Assembly (NCBI RefSeq): GCF_001194135.2
Contig: NC_068997.1
Coordinates: 54,106,159-54,170,158 of the forward strand
Source: Octopus bimaculoides
Lineage: Eukaryota
Direction: 5' to 3'
DNA length: 64,000 bases
Position 1 is the stretch's first letter. Every line of letters starts with the position of its first letter. Made by a program: the position numbers and the translations under genes. Below are positions 37,359 to 50,714 of this stretch, piece after piece. The notes beneath the pieces are model-generated. The model saw nothing but the letters and a program-made list of their open reading frames with translations, searched no databases and was not told the origin of the DNA.

Positions 37359-37544
37359 TCCTTTGGAATATTTTCAGCGTTAAGATAAAAATGATAAATA
37401 TCATCATTGGTCCGACTTGTGCCTGCGTCAGAAATCATTTGCATTGTTGTTTGTGATTTGCTTTATTTTTTGCTTTTTTTGGCTTCTAATTTTTTTAATT
37501 GTTGCTTGGGTGTTTGTTAAAAAGAATAAGGAAGGGGGAGGGAG

Positions 37545-37750
37545 AGAAATGAGGAGGAGGAGGAGGAGGAGGAGGAGAAGAAGAATAAGAAGAATAAGAA
37601 GAAGAAAAAGAAGAAGATGAAGACACAAAGAAGACGATGACGAAGAAAAAGAAGAACAAGAACAAGAAGAACAAAAAGATGATAAAGACGACACCGACGA
37701 CGACAATAATGATGATGATAATGATGATGATGGTGAAGATGATGAAGGAA
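37545..37750. repeat. Purine-rich compound triplet tract (GAG, GAA, GAC, AAC, GAT blocks)
   Basis: Read directly. It explains the poly-R/S/L/H ORFs in the track. Confidence 0.9.
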
Positions 37751-38589
37751 GCTCTCCTTCATTTAGTGCGCCATTAATTCACAGACAGCAGACAAAATTA
37801 AGCAAAAGAGATAAATCTTCCGTTGACAGGACCGTTGAATCACAGGTCCATTGTTCTTCACTGTCTTATTTGTTTAGTAGTAGTAGTAGTAGTAGTAGTA
37901 GCGATGGCTGGAAAATCTTGTTCGACGATATGGAAGGTGGTTTCTGCGTTTATGAGATTGTGGTACCGTAGCGGAAGTTGCCTGGTCGTGTCTGGGCGAC
38001 ATCTTGTGTAGAGGCGGGAGGTATAAAAAGAAAGTGAGAGAGGGGGGAGCGAGTGAGGAAGAGAAGAGGACATAGGGGGTGGGGGTGGAGAGAGATTGTT
38101 CGCAGAGGTGTGTCGAAGAATGAGAAACTGAATCTGTTGAACCTCGAGACGAACGTGTGTTATACGTTTGTCAGTGTGTATATTATTCCTGTTCCCGTAC
38201 ATATATACATGCGTGTGTGTTTGTGTGTGTATGTAAGTATAAGTATTATATATACATATATTTTTCATCTATATTTTTCTATATATAAAAAAAAACATAT
38301 ATATATATACATATATATATGTGCGTGTGTGTGTGTGTGTGTGTGTGCGTATGTATGTGCGTATATATATATTCTGGTTGACCCCGCCACACACATACAC
38401 ACACTTGATATTTAAAAAGTAATTTTAGAGATACTTCTTTCAAAATTCTTATGTTGTTCTCCACACATTAAAATGGTTGAGGCAAAAAAAACCTGTTTCT
38501 TGCAATGCATACCAATAATTACATCTAAAGAAAAATGTTTGCAAAAGCCCTTAAAATAGAATTTTGGATCCCTAATTTACTCTTTTGCT

Positions 38590-38656
38590 GTGTAGACCTC
38601 CAAAAATTTTATACGTACCCTCCGTGGCCATATTGACCCCTGCTTGATAACCACTG
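38590..38656 (-). mobile_element. Isolated hAT/Charlie-like terminus
   Basis: Reverse complement reads cagtggttatcaagcaggggtcaatatggcc, a CAGTGGTTCTCAA-type TIR. Confidence 0.5.
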
Positions 38657-39491
38657 CTTTACAATGACCTAACTTGTTGAGGAACAGATTATTAAGGTTG
38701 TTATACTTATTTGGACATGAACACAGGTGGGGGTGGCTGCTGCCGTGTGTGTCACTGGCCATTCTTCGTGGAAACGCCTTTGCAATCATATCTGCACACG
38801 ACATTTGTACTGGGGTGTACAACCCGTTACTTACCATCCCAATCTTCTTCTGCTGCTGAATTCCACCCCATCTTTTCTAGCTTTCTTTGTTTTCTTGGTG
38901 AGGTTGTTAAGGTCATTGTTTTCTCGATAATTTGATCGTTTCTATGTCTAATGATTTTCTTTTGTTTCTTTTCTTCTTGTGTACATTAAACCTAAATTTA
39001 CCGAAAAACATTTTTCTAAAGAACGGATTACGTGTTACTACTGGAAGTTTTTTAATTTTATTTATATTCCCTATGAAAGCGGAAGATATTCTTGTCGGGG
39101 GGTTGTACAAATATATAGATGGCCCTATAATACGTATTTTATCTTGTGATATTCCTCTTGAGGAACACGCAAATCAGCGAGAAGCAAAACAATAACGTAT
39201 TTATTCATTCGTGATACGTTCTGGCAGATTCGAATTCAATATATTGATCGCTGTTGTGCGATCATAATGATTCATTGACAGATGGCAACGTTTCAAAGTA
39301 CCTTTATGTCAATGAATCGCGTGTGTTATAAACACATATCGCCTACAAGGAGAAGTTGTTCTCCAAATAGTGTTAAGCATGTTTACGTTCGAATCTATCA
39401 GAACGAACAAAGAATGACGACAGACATTTTGTTTGGACATTGGCTGTTATGCTGTTTTATGTGTACCTCATAAATTGGTATCAATTTGGCT

Positions 39492-39534
39492 GAAGAAGTA
39501 GAAGAAGAAGAAGAAGAAGAAGAAGAAGAAGAAG

Positions 39535-39566
<32 letters not shown>

Positions 39567-39635
39567 GAAGAAGAAGAAGAAGAAGAAGAAGAAGAAGAAG
39601 AAGAAGAAGAAGAAGAAGAAGAAGAAGAAGAAGAA
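39492..39635. repeat. (GAA)n microsatellite, about 48 units with two GTA interruptions
   Basis: Read directly. Confidence 0.98.
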
Positions 39636-40214
39636 TTAATGATAATGTTTTTGTGAGTTTGTAATTCCTTAGAGGAATAAAATGTATATAAGTCGATGAG
39701 AGCGATGTATATAAATGTATATGAGTCGATGATAGAGCTGTGCTTACGTCAATATTTGAGCTGCATATATGTCGAAAAAATTTGCTTTCAGGTGTTTTAT
39801 ATTCTTTTTATTCAAAAAACGTCCGAGCATGGTTGCAATTCAGTTTACAATATTTATGTTAGTGTTGAACCTGGGATGACCAAATAACTGTCACTAGAAG
39901 ATTGAAAGATAAAGTGTTAATAGAATTTGGAATGGAGGAATGGCGCTAATTGGATGTAAAAATTGCAAACAATATGAATATAAAGATATCATGTGATAAG
40001 CTGGTGTCTGCATTGCTGACAAGACGAGATAAGAAGAATTACGAAATTAACGTTAAGACTTACAAATAAATAGATCTGAAAATATCTAAAAGTTGAGGTG
40101 AAGCTACAAAAAATCTAAAATATGGGGCATCATATAATTTTGATGGTGTGGGTGTGTGTCTGTGAGTAAATTTATAAATGCATACAAGTATAAGCTTGTA
40201 CATGTATGTAAATG

Positions 40215-40255
<41 letters not shown>

Positions 40256-40852
40256 GCATACGCAAATGATTATATATCTATACACACGCACACACACACA
40301 TACTTGCACAAGCCTAAGTATACATATAGACCGTATATAACAATTTTATGTCTTTATATATAAGATTTACATAAACATATATTCCTATACATCCCAAAAA
40401 TAAGTATATCATATATATGTATGCATAATATATGCATTTAAATATATGAATATATACTTATATAAGTATCTAAATTCATATTATATCTATAAGTAACTAC
40501 ATATGTATTTATATATATGAATGTAGGTAGGCGTATGTACATGTGTGTGTATGTGTACATGTATATGTACCTATATGTGTGTGTGTGTGCTTGTGTGTGC
40601 AAATTTCCAAATGTCACAGAAAGAGATATTGCATAACAAATCCTAATATTCTTACGTATATTACGTTAAGAGCTAACTTTTAACAAATGACAAGGCATGT
40701 GACACGGCTGAACATTTGTGCACAACCTAATCACATTTACATCTCTAAATAAACACAGACATAGTCAAACAGCGAGCAAGAAACCGAGAACAACTAAATG
40801 ACAAAGTATCAATATATATATATATATATATATGTATGTATATATGTAAATA

Positions 40853-40885
<33 letters not shown>

Positions 40886-41605
40886 TTGGATAGTATAACA
40901 AGCAATGAGTTTTCTTGTTGGTTAAGAATACTTAGCTATATTGACAGACGTGGTAACAGAAATGGCTAGACATTGATACTTATAGAGAGAGAAGTAGAAG
41001 TTAAAATGATAGAGAGATAACTGGATCGATAAGAACAGAAGTAAATTGGAATTAAATTAACTAACTTGTATCTTATGTTTGAGCCTTGTAGCAAGAGAAT
41101 TTGTCATTGTGGAATTATATTCTGAGAGCTATGATAGTTAACATTCTGTCCTCGGGCTCACTTTTGGGGCTTCTCATCAAATAGGTATTTCATAAAAGCA
41201 TGCTAGTACAATGCTAGAATAAGATGCGTATATGCATGTGTTTGTTACTGTCTACTATGAGTTCGGCCCTTAGCTAGATTATTCACAATCATGAACAACC
41301 TAGCCAAGAGTGAAATGAAATAGACCCTCCAGTTTTGTTATAATAAAAATGTCTGTCCACTTTACATACTGTATTGAGTTTTATATTGGCAAGATATATT
41401 ATAATATATCGATATCTATCCTCAAAGAGAAGGGTCGCGGATGAATGCAGCTTCTGTTTTTCCAGAAGCGGAGAAGAGTTAGTGACCAACAATAAAATCC
41501 TACTCAAAACTTTAAAAAATAATTTTAAAAAATAGAGCAAAGTCATATGTTACTGGAATCATCGAAAGACCACTCGTTGTACACTGGAGGGATATATGTT
41601 AATGT

Positions 41606-41977
41606 GGAGGCGCAATGGCTCAGTGGCTAGGGCAGCGGACTCACGGTCTTAGGATCACGCGTTCGATTCCTAGAGTGAGCGTTGTGAGTGTTTATTGACC
41701 GAAAACACCTAAAGCTCCAGGAGGCTCCGACAGGGGGCTGAACCTTCTGTACTCTTTCCATACAACTTTCTCTCACTTTCTTCCTGTTTCTGTTGTACCT
41801 GTATTTCAAAGGAACCAGCCTTGTTACACTCTGTGTCACGCTAAATCTCATCCGAGAATTACATTAAGGATACACGTGTGTGTGGAGTGCTCAGCCACTA
41901 GCACGTTAACTTCACGAGCAGGCTATTCCTTTGATCGGATCAACTGGAACCCTCGTCGTCGTAACCGACGGAGTGCC
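41606..41977 (+). mobile_element. SINE-C copy, full length (tRNA head with A and B boxes, unique body, tail shared with SINE-D copies)
   Basis: A-box tggctcagtgg (41616) and B-box gttcgattcc (41661-41670). The tail ccagccttgttacactctgtgtcacgc...gatcggatcaactggaaccctcgtcgtcgtaaccgacggagtgcc also appears at 42766-43082, 49872-50197 and, as a fragment, about 33885-33955. Confidence 0.92.
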
Positions 41978-42135
41978 GCGATATCATGTTAATAATTTAA
42001 TAATTCTATTTAGCTTTGATGGTGCAGAACATGAAAGAAAGATTGAAATAGTTATTTCCGAATATAAGACGAACTCTTATTAACATGGAATTAATTTCGA
42101 AATTGCCAATTCTGGCGTTAATACAATGATAATCC

Positions 42136-42195
<60 letters not shown>

Positions 42196-42724
42196 TGCAC
42201 AGTGTAGGAATTAGTACGTGTATGCATGTGTGCATACACCTATACATCCACACGCACAGATAAATACAGATGTGAACATATATATATATACAATTGTATA
42301 TATGCATATATGTGTGTACGTGTGTGTATATGTGCGTGTGTGTGCGTGTATGTATGTGTTTCTGTCTCTCTCTTTTCATCTCTCTCTCGTCTTACTCTTT
42401 TTAAGCTTACTGCTTATTCTATCGATCTCTTATGCCGAACCGCAAACATCGATTGTCAAGCGATGATGGGGGACAAACACAGACACGCAAACATATGCAT
42501 ATATATACATACAGANNNNNNNNNNNNNNNNNNNNNNNNNNNNNNNNNNNNNNNNNNNNNNNNNNNNNNNNNNNNNNNNNNNNNNNNNNNNNNNNNNNNN
42601 NNNNNNNNNNNNNNNNNNNNNNNNNNNNNNNNNNNNNNNNNNNNNNNNNNNNNNNNNNNNNNNNNNNNNNNNNNNNNNNNNNNNNNNNNNNNNNNNNNNN
42701 NNNNNNNNNNNNNNNNNNNNNNNN

Positions 42725-42757
<33 letters not shown>

Positions 42758-42765
42758 TGTATATA

Positions 42766-43082
42766 GTGGAGGCGTTTCTCTTAGTGGTCGGGGTGATCAG
42801 CTTACGATAGTAAGTTCATGAGATAGATTATCGGTGGTACGTTGTATTCTGGAGCAAGATCATTTATTTTCCGTTGCTCCAGTCCACCCAGCTGGCAAAA
42901 ATAGTGTCTACTTGTATTAAAAAGGATTAGCATTGTTACTTTTGTATCACGCCGGATCTCCCTTGAGAACTACATTGAGGCTGCACGAGTTTGTGGAGTA
43001 CTCAGCCACTATCACATTAATTCCACGAGCTGCTTCCCTGATCATAGTCACTGAAAGAGTCGTCGTCCTAACAGACGGAGTG
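42766..43082 (+). mobile_element. SINE-D head joined to SINE-C tail
   Basis: Head and CORE-like part ...gagcaagatcatttattttccgttgctccagtccacccagctggcaaaaat, followed by the tail ...tgtggagtactcagccact...gtcgtcgtcctaacagacggagtg. Confidence 0.82.
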
Positions 43083-44900
43083 TTTGTTTTTGTATGTATG
43101 AAGCATACCTTTTCATAATGATTCAAATTCTCAATAGACCAATATTGAGAACCAAACAAGACTTATATAAGCGTGTGGGTGGGTGTATGTGTGTCTATGT
43201 GCATGCGTGTGAGTAGGAAGTGTTTATAACTTTTGGTAAAAGCTATCACATTTCCGCTAATTTTTTTGTAGAAAGATTTTTCGTTCCACTTTGTATAAAT
43301 TGTATTGTAAGTGGTAGACATCTTGTTTTGATATGTTACAGCTATGGAGTTTCTCTGGAATTTCGTGTTTGATGTAGTATTTATTTATATATTTTCTTTG
43401 TTTTGGTCTACAAGTACATGGACACTAATATGCATATCGACATGCATGCATACATATGTATTTGTGTGTGTATGTACGTATATAAACACATGTATGTATG
43501 TATATGTATGTATATATGCATATATACTTATATATATATGAAAATGTATAATGTATATATATATATATNNNNNNNNNNNNNNNNNNNNNNNNNNNNNNNN
43601 NNNNNNNNNNNNNNNNNNNNNNNNNNNNNNNNNNNNNNNNNNNNNNNNNNNNNNNNNNNNNNNNNNNNNNNNNNNNNNNNNNNNNNNNNNNNNNNNNNNN
43701 NNNNNNNNNNNNNNNNNNNNNNNNNNNNNNNNNNNNNNNNNNNNNNNNNNNNNNNNNNNNNNNNNNNNNNNNNNNNNNNNNNNNNNNNNNNNNNNNNNNN
43801 NNNNNNNNNNNNNNNNNNNNNNNNNNNNNNNNNNNNNNNNNNNNNNNNNNNNNNNNNNNNNNNNNNNNNNNNNNNNNNNNNNNNNNNNNNNNNNNNNNNN
43901 NNNNNNNNNNNNNNNNNNNNNNNNNNNNNNNNNNNNNNNNNNNNNNNNNNNNNNNNNNNNNNNNNNNNNNNNNNNNNNNNNNNNNNNNNNNNNNNNNNNN
44001 NNNNNNNNNNNNNNNNNNNNNNNNNNNNNNNNNNNNNNNNNNNNNNNNATATACATATATACATGCATGCATATATATATATGTATATGTATGTATATAC
44101 ACACACGCACATATATATATACACTTTTCCTTTTTTTGTTCATGTTTGTTTCCCAAGTTTCTTCATGTGAAACGATCTGTTGAAACAGATATTACGGTTG
44201 GGGAGGGACATTCTATGCACCGCTTGTTGTTCTCGCCTTTCTATATGTGGAGGCAGAGGTGTTAATGGCGGTGAGATTACAAATGTAGTAATGTGTATGC
44301 GTCTGTCTCGTTCTCCTCTGAGAAACAAATATGTAGCACATAGGTTTTTGAAGATCACTGTAAATCTAAATATGTGTGATTTCGTGTTTATAAGTATTAG
44401 TATTTGTATGAGTGCGTTTGTGTATGGGTTTTTCTCTGTGTGTAACTGCATTGGCGTTGCGTGTGCCTAGACAAAGCATTGATTTGTCGGTGTATAAGTG
44501 CAAACGCATACATACAGACACGGACATATAACAACCAGAATATAGGTGCATACACTCACATACTTGCACTTGTACATATTTGGACAGATGGACGCTACAC
44601 AACCATGGCTACCGGCACCGGTGGCATTGCCAACAGAAATATATAAAGACCAGACGCATAGACAGAGAGAACAAAGACGTCACGGAGAACAGATTCCAAA
44701 TTCTAGAGAAATGTAGCGAAAGATTCACAGATCAATCGACTAAGAAACGACTGACCTACAGCCAGTACGTGACTTTTGTTTAGGAGAACGATTCGGCTAG
44801 AATACAGTTATATGGAATTATGTGTGTATGTGTGTGTGTGTAATATATATATATACACACACAAATATATATATGTACACACACACACACACACACATAC

Positions 44901-44973
<73 letters not shown>

Positions 44974-45478
44974 NNNNNNNNNNNNNNNNNNNNNNNNNNN
45001 NNNNNNNNNNNNNNNNNNNNNNNNNNNNNNNNNNNNNNNNNNNNNNNNNNNNNNNNNNNNNNNNNNNNNNNNNNNNNNNNNNNNNNNNNNNNNNNNNNNN
45101 NNNNNNNNNNNNNNNNNNNNNNNNNNNNNNNNNNNNNNNNNNNNNNNNNNNNNNNNNNNNNNNNNNNNNNNNNNNNNNNNNNNNNNNNNNNNNNNNNNNN
45201 NNNNNNNNNNNNNNNNNNNNNNNNNNNNNNNNNNNNNNNNNNNNNNNNNNNNNNNNNNNNNNNNNNNNNNNNNNNNNNTATATATATATATATATATGCA
45301 TACATTAATATCTGCGAGTGTCTATGTGTGTATCTCTGTATATATTGTGTGGTCACGAATGTACGTGTACGCCTGTTTATTGGAAATAAGAAAGAGTGAA
45401 CGGAAGGCAGAGAGAGAGAGGAGACAGATATAAAAATAGAGAGAGAGAGGACAGAAGAGAAAGAGAGAGGGAGACAGA

Positions 45479-45511
<33 letters not shown>

Positions 45512-46126
45512 GGGGGGGAGAGAGAAGAAAGAAAATGTGGGTGCATTGTAAAATTAATTTGATGTTGAGAAACTGAAATATTTGGAAGTTGGCAAACTTC
45601 CGCTTTAAACCTCGTCGAATATGTTTTTATTGACGATCTAAGCAAATCATTTCCAAATTGGATCAGATCACGTGATCTCACACGATAATGGCTGCGGCGT
45701 TACATCTGTTGAACTATAGCGGTAATTCATTTGACGTTGTGTTCCGCTCTGAACTTCATAACACAACTCCTCCCATGGTGAACTAGTTTCTCATGTTTTA
45801 CGAATTGTATTGCACTGTTTTGATTTATGTGTGAAGAAACTCAATAATAAGCAAAGCGGGCTTTCTCTGTGACAGCAGGTCAAAGGATTATCATATGTAA
45901 CTAGGTCAATCGATGAATTATAACATTGGTCCTATTTAAATAAGAGCCAGGGAAATACATCGTATCAGGAAGAAGATATATTTTATGTACGATGAAATTC
46001 GATGATATTTTGTATTCATGCATACACGAATAGACACACACACACAAAAAAAAAACACACGTATAAATATATGCATATACAGGCTTGTATATACATATAT
46101 ATGTATATATATGTATNNNNNNNNNN

Positions 46127-46160
<34 letters not shown>

Positions 46161-46632
46161 CTTCGTCTAAGCGTATGTACATATACATGAATGAACATGT
46201 ACATGTTTATACACTTATGCATGTGTATATGCGTGCGTGTGCGTCCGAGGGATAGAATCAGTGACAGTAATAGTGTGAACTATAAATTATATAATCTTCA
46301 CACTGTGAGAGAACTTTTGTGTGTGGGCATGTATATGTGTGTGCGTGTTTTCATGCATATGTACATGTATATTTATAAATTGAGGATATAATCATTAAAA
46401 TTATTATACCAGTGGCTAGCGTACAAAAAAATGACCGTATAGATAAAATTTATTTTGAAGTATATAATTATAAAAATATAATTATAATTAAGGGCGCAGG
46501 AATGCCAGTGTCTACACGGTAGAAATATATGTCAAATGCCTCTATGTATGTACGTATATATATGTATATATGTTTGTATATGTGTGTATGAAAGTATATA
46601 TGTGTGTGTGAATGTATATATANNNNNNNNNN

Positions 46633-46674
<42 letters not shown>

Positions 46675-47426
46675 AAGAGAAAGAGAGAGAAAGAGAACGA
46701 GAGGGAGATACACAGACAGGCAGAATACCAGAGAGAAAGAGAGAGAAAGAGAGTGAGAAAGAGAGAGAAAGAGAAAGAATGAGAGAGAGAGAACAGGAAA
46801 GAGAAACAGACAGAGAGAAAGCGAGGGAGATAAAGAGAAAGCGAGAGAGAGAAAGTGAGTGAGACAGACAGACAGACAGAGAGGGAGTACTAACAAAAAT
46901 TTATCAAAATATCTATTTTGAAGTTATTAATATTAGCTGCTTTTTATCTTTCTGTAGTTCTTTGTTCTATGAAATAAAATTATATTTACAAAGTACTTCT
47001 GCGTATGCACCCAGGCAGACAGTCGTGAACCTCGTAGCAGATGCTTATGTAAGCTTTGCTAGACGAAAGAAAATGACCACCCAAGAGATTTTTCTCTCTG
47101 TCCTGAAAAAGTTATGTGTACGTATACATATACGTAGGTATAGAATTACGACCGCCCTGGTTACCTTCCTAATCCGTAGATCACCTCACTATTTGTTTTT
47201 GTTGATAATTAGGTCTATCTAATCAGCTAAACCTTTATAAAGAGTTTAATTGCTGGTCCATCATGGCGGCTATCCAATGATTAAGCTACTAAACTAATAG
47301 CGCACATGGTATCTGTTTAGATACGTCTAGCTGGACAAAGAACGTCGCTTCAATAGAAGACAATGAAGAAAGGACCGCAAAATATTGATATATTTCTTTT
47401 ATTTTTATTTCTTTTATTTCTTTTAC

Positions 47427-47495
<69 letters not shown>

Positions 47496-48877
47496 TATGC
47501 ACTCAACATACTAGACTGTTGGAAAAGAAAACTATCCTTACATCGGGCTACAACAAGTAACCTTAGATGCCAAGAACCCTCCTATCGGGTTACAGCAAGT
47601 AATCTACAACATTAACTTGAAATACAAATGATAAATGATAGGTTCTTAATTCCTTAACTGCAATCGAAATGAACCCTTCCCGAGTAGTACGCCCCACCTA
47701 CAGTATCACAGAATATATTAAAACAATGAAATTCAATATTACAGCATTAGTAACGTAGTCTTCGTTAAGTCTCTCAGCAATCACATTTCTAAGCAATACG
47801 TCAATGCTCAACAGAGTGGAATCGATGCATCCATCCTCTGGTATCTAATGAATACTCGACGTTTCACAACCAAACTAATTCCTGTTTCGTTTATCATTGT
47901 TTTATCAACTTCATCATCACTACGACACATCAAGCACATTTATTTGGTTTCTTCCTCATTGCGTTTCCCTCATCAGAGATGAATATTTCACAACCTTACT
48001 TCTCTCAGTCATTAAGGTTTGACATTCAACATTCCCATAAAGGTAATATCACGTTATCTATCTCCATTCTTGTTGGATTTTGGTAAATTCTTCATTCTTT
48101 CTCTTTTACTATTCCGTTTGCGTTTGTCACAACCTGATTTGAATTTAGAGTTTAATGAGGCAAATATCTTCGTTCGTTATTGGATCCAAGGGAACTTGGA
48201 ATCGATATAAATATCTTGATTAATGCTATAGTTCGCTTGGAAAAGTGGTAAATCTCTTAAGATCACATAATTTTCTTTCTGTGGAACTGGTGATTTGTTT
48301 AAGGAATGTAGTTGCAGATGTCTTATCTAAAGCAATTTTGATAGAATTTCCTTTTTTTCCTTTTTTGATACTTTTCAACATTTGTTTAAGAGTTGACTTG
48401 GACGAAGTATTACGGCACCAGTGACAGTTTTCCGAGGCCTCTGATACTGGTGACTGGAAGGAATCCCAACGCCGGAAACTGACGAAAATTCTTTAATCAG
48501 ACTGGATTCAACAAAACATAAAAATAACCAATGACCAACAATGATGTTAAACTGTGTATGAAATAAATTCTTCTGCCCCAAAAATTAATGGCTTTTCTCG
48601 TGAGGTTTTCCATAGATAGTCCTTCTACCGCATTTCCTTTAGACTCATTTGACCAAATACAAGTTGAAACGCAGTGGTATTGAACCCGAGACTTCTTATC
48701 TTCTCAACCATGATTTTACATAGGGAATTCATTGACGATATTCTATTTTTAGATGAGGGTTATCCGTGTTCGAATACAAGATTCGCAACACATTAAAGGT
48801 ATAAAACCGCAGGTCTTAAATAGAAGCATATTACGTCATTATTATGACTGAGGTGAGTAAATATTGTGGATGACAGT

Positions 48878-49195
48878 GATCATGCTAGAAATAGCAGTGA
48901 AACCTTCCTTGAATCACATTCCAGCAACTTAAGGAAAAGAATAACATATTGCATAATGTAGTCCAAGATGCACAATGACTAAATCAGTGATGAAAGGGTC
49001 ATGGACGGAATAACAACAACAATAGCTGACAGTGCTTCGAGCCATCGTAAGATACCTATAACAGGTCGCTCTATCTGTTAGAAATAACAGCAAAATAACC
49101 TTCAAATCAAACTATACCGTCTTCTATAAAGAAACGCATAGGATGTGATTCAGTGTACGCTGTACATACACCAATAGTGGATGGGCACGGTTGGA
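48878..49195 (+). repeat. Two tandem diverged copies of an unclassified interspersed repeat
   Basis: tgctagaaatagcag...cttgaatcac and tgttagaaataacag...cttcaaatcaa. Probable further copies at about 36990-37130(-), 47250-47340(-) and 54105-54205(+). Confidence 0.5.
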
Positions 49196-49377
49196 TTATA
49201 GATTAATTCAGTGACGATTGATATGGTTAAACAACAACAGCAATTACAACGCTGAATAACTTAATGGAATAGAACTAAACGCGAACCGTTCGATATTGAT
49301 ACGGGTCAATATTTAATGAAACAGTCGTTTTATCAATTTCAGCATCACGTGGACAAAATAAATATTTGTTACGGTTG

Positions 49378-49409
<32 letters not shown>

Positions 49410-49871
49410 GGTGTTGTTATTGTTGGCGGTGGTGGTAGTCGTCGTCGCAGTAGTGATGATGGTGATGGCAGTGTAGGTTATGGTGATAGTGCTGGTAGCA
49501 ATGGTGGTGTTTTTTGTAGTGATAGTGGTGGTAGTGGTGGTAATGGCGGTGGTAGTGCAGGTGGTGGTGGTGGTGGTGGTGGCTACATTCCATGGTTGTC
49601 TTCAACCTTACATAAATTCCGCCTCTGGCAAGGAATTTTGTAAATCCTTGAATCATTTCGATCACAGTCTCTTAATTCCTTAAATACCAAATCTTGCGCA
49701 CATAAACATCCAGGTTTAGCTAATATATTTCAAGGCCCGAGGCAGTCTATTGAAGAAGAAATCTTCCATGTGATTATCGAAAGAATACTTCGAACTCGCA
49801 TCGTCCCGTGTACTTTGCCTCACATGCTATTCCCAGAAACGTTCTGCAGCATCGCTTTTCCTTCGTTCAAT

Positions 49872-50197
49872 TGAAGGCGCGCAACTTAACGGTTAGGCTA
49901 TTCAGCTTACGGTCATAAAGGCCGTAGTTCTCTTCTCAGCGGCGCGTTGTGCCTTTGAGCAAGATGCCTTGTTTTCCTTTTGCTTCGCTCCACTCAGCTG
50001 TCAAAAATGTATACTACCTGTAATTCGAGTGGGCTAGCTTTCTCATATTCTGAGTCACACTAAATCCCACCGAGAATTAGGTAAAGGGTGCGTTCTTTTG
50101 TGAATGGCTCAGCCACTTGCACGTTAATATCACGCGCAAGCTGTTGCGTTGATCGGATCAATAGGGACAGCTATCGTCGAAACGGACGGAGGGCCAG
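49872..50197 (+). mobile_element. SINE-D head joined to SINE-C tail
   Basis: tgaaggcgcgc...gcgcgttgtgcctttgagcaagatg...ctccactcagctgtcaaaaatg, followed by ...ctcagccacttgcacgttaat...gttgatcggatcaa...acggacggagggccag. Confidence 0.85.
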
Positions 50198-50547
50198 TTC
50201 TTTCCTATCGTTAAAAAGAAAGGCACATCGATGGACTTATATAACTTTTGCAAACGCACGAGGTTTCGAGGTCAGTGCCACGGTGTGGCACCTATGGTGA
50301 ATGCATTTTCTATTGCTCGAGATTAATCAGTGCCGTCTGTGGGAATACGGTCGACGGTTGTACACCCATCTTGTACACACACACGCACACACACAGATAT
50401 ATGTATGCATGTATGTATGTACGTATATATGTATATATTATTCATATACTCAGGCATTGTTTCCAACTACATGGTTCTGGGTTCAGTCCCGCTGCCTGTC
50501 ACCTTGAGCAAGTGTCTTGTACTGTAGGCTCCGGCTAACAGAAGCTG

Positions 50548-50550
<3 letters not shown>

Positions 50551-50614
<64 letters not shown>

Positions 50615-50630
50615 GGTGTTATTGTTGTTG

Positions 50631-50713
<83 letters not shown>

Positions 50714-50714
50714 T
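50551..50714. repeat. (ATT)n microsatellite with a short GTT block
   Basis: Read directly. Other (ATT)/(AAT) runs lie at 47426-47493 and 52262-52331, and an (ACA)n-type run at 27764-27860. Confidence 0.97.

Noticed and set aside
35681-38656. The two hAT-like termini as ends of one ~3-kb element
   Set aside because: The flanking 8-mers (gactaagc vs ctttacaa) do not form a TSD and there is no transposase remnant between them.
41606-41680. tRNA gene
   Set aside because: It has A and B boxes but continues into a multi-copy SINE body, with no acceptor-stem closure or Pol III terminator. It is a SINE head, as are the other tRNA-like segments.
47541-47605. Two ~22-bp direct repeats (atcgggctacaacaagtaacct / atcgggttacagcaagtaatct)
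   Set aside because: Only two imperfect units, so a small local duplication and not a CRISPR-like or other array.
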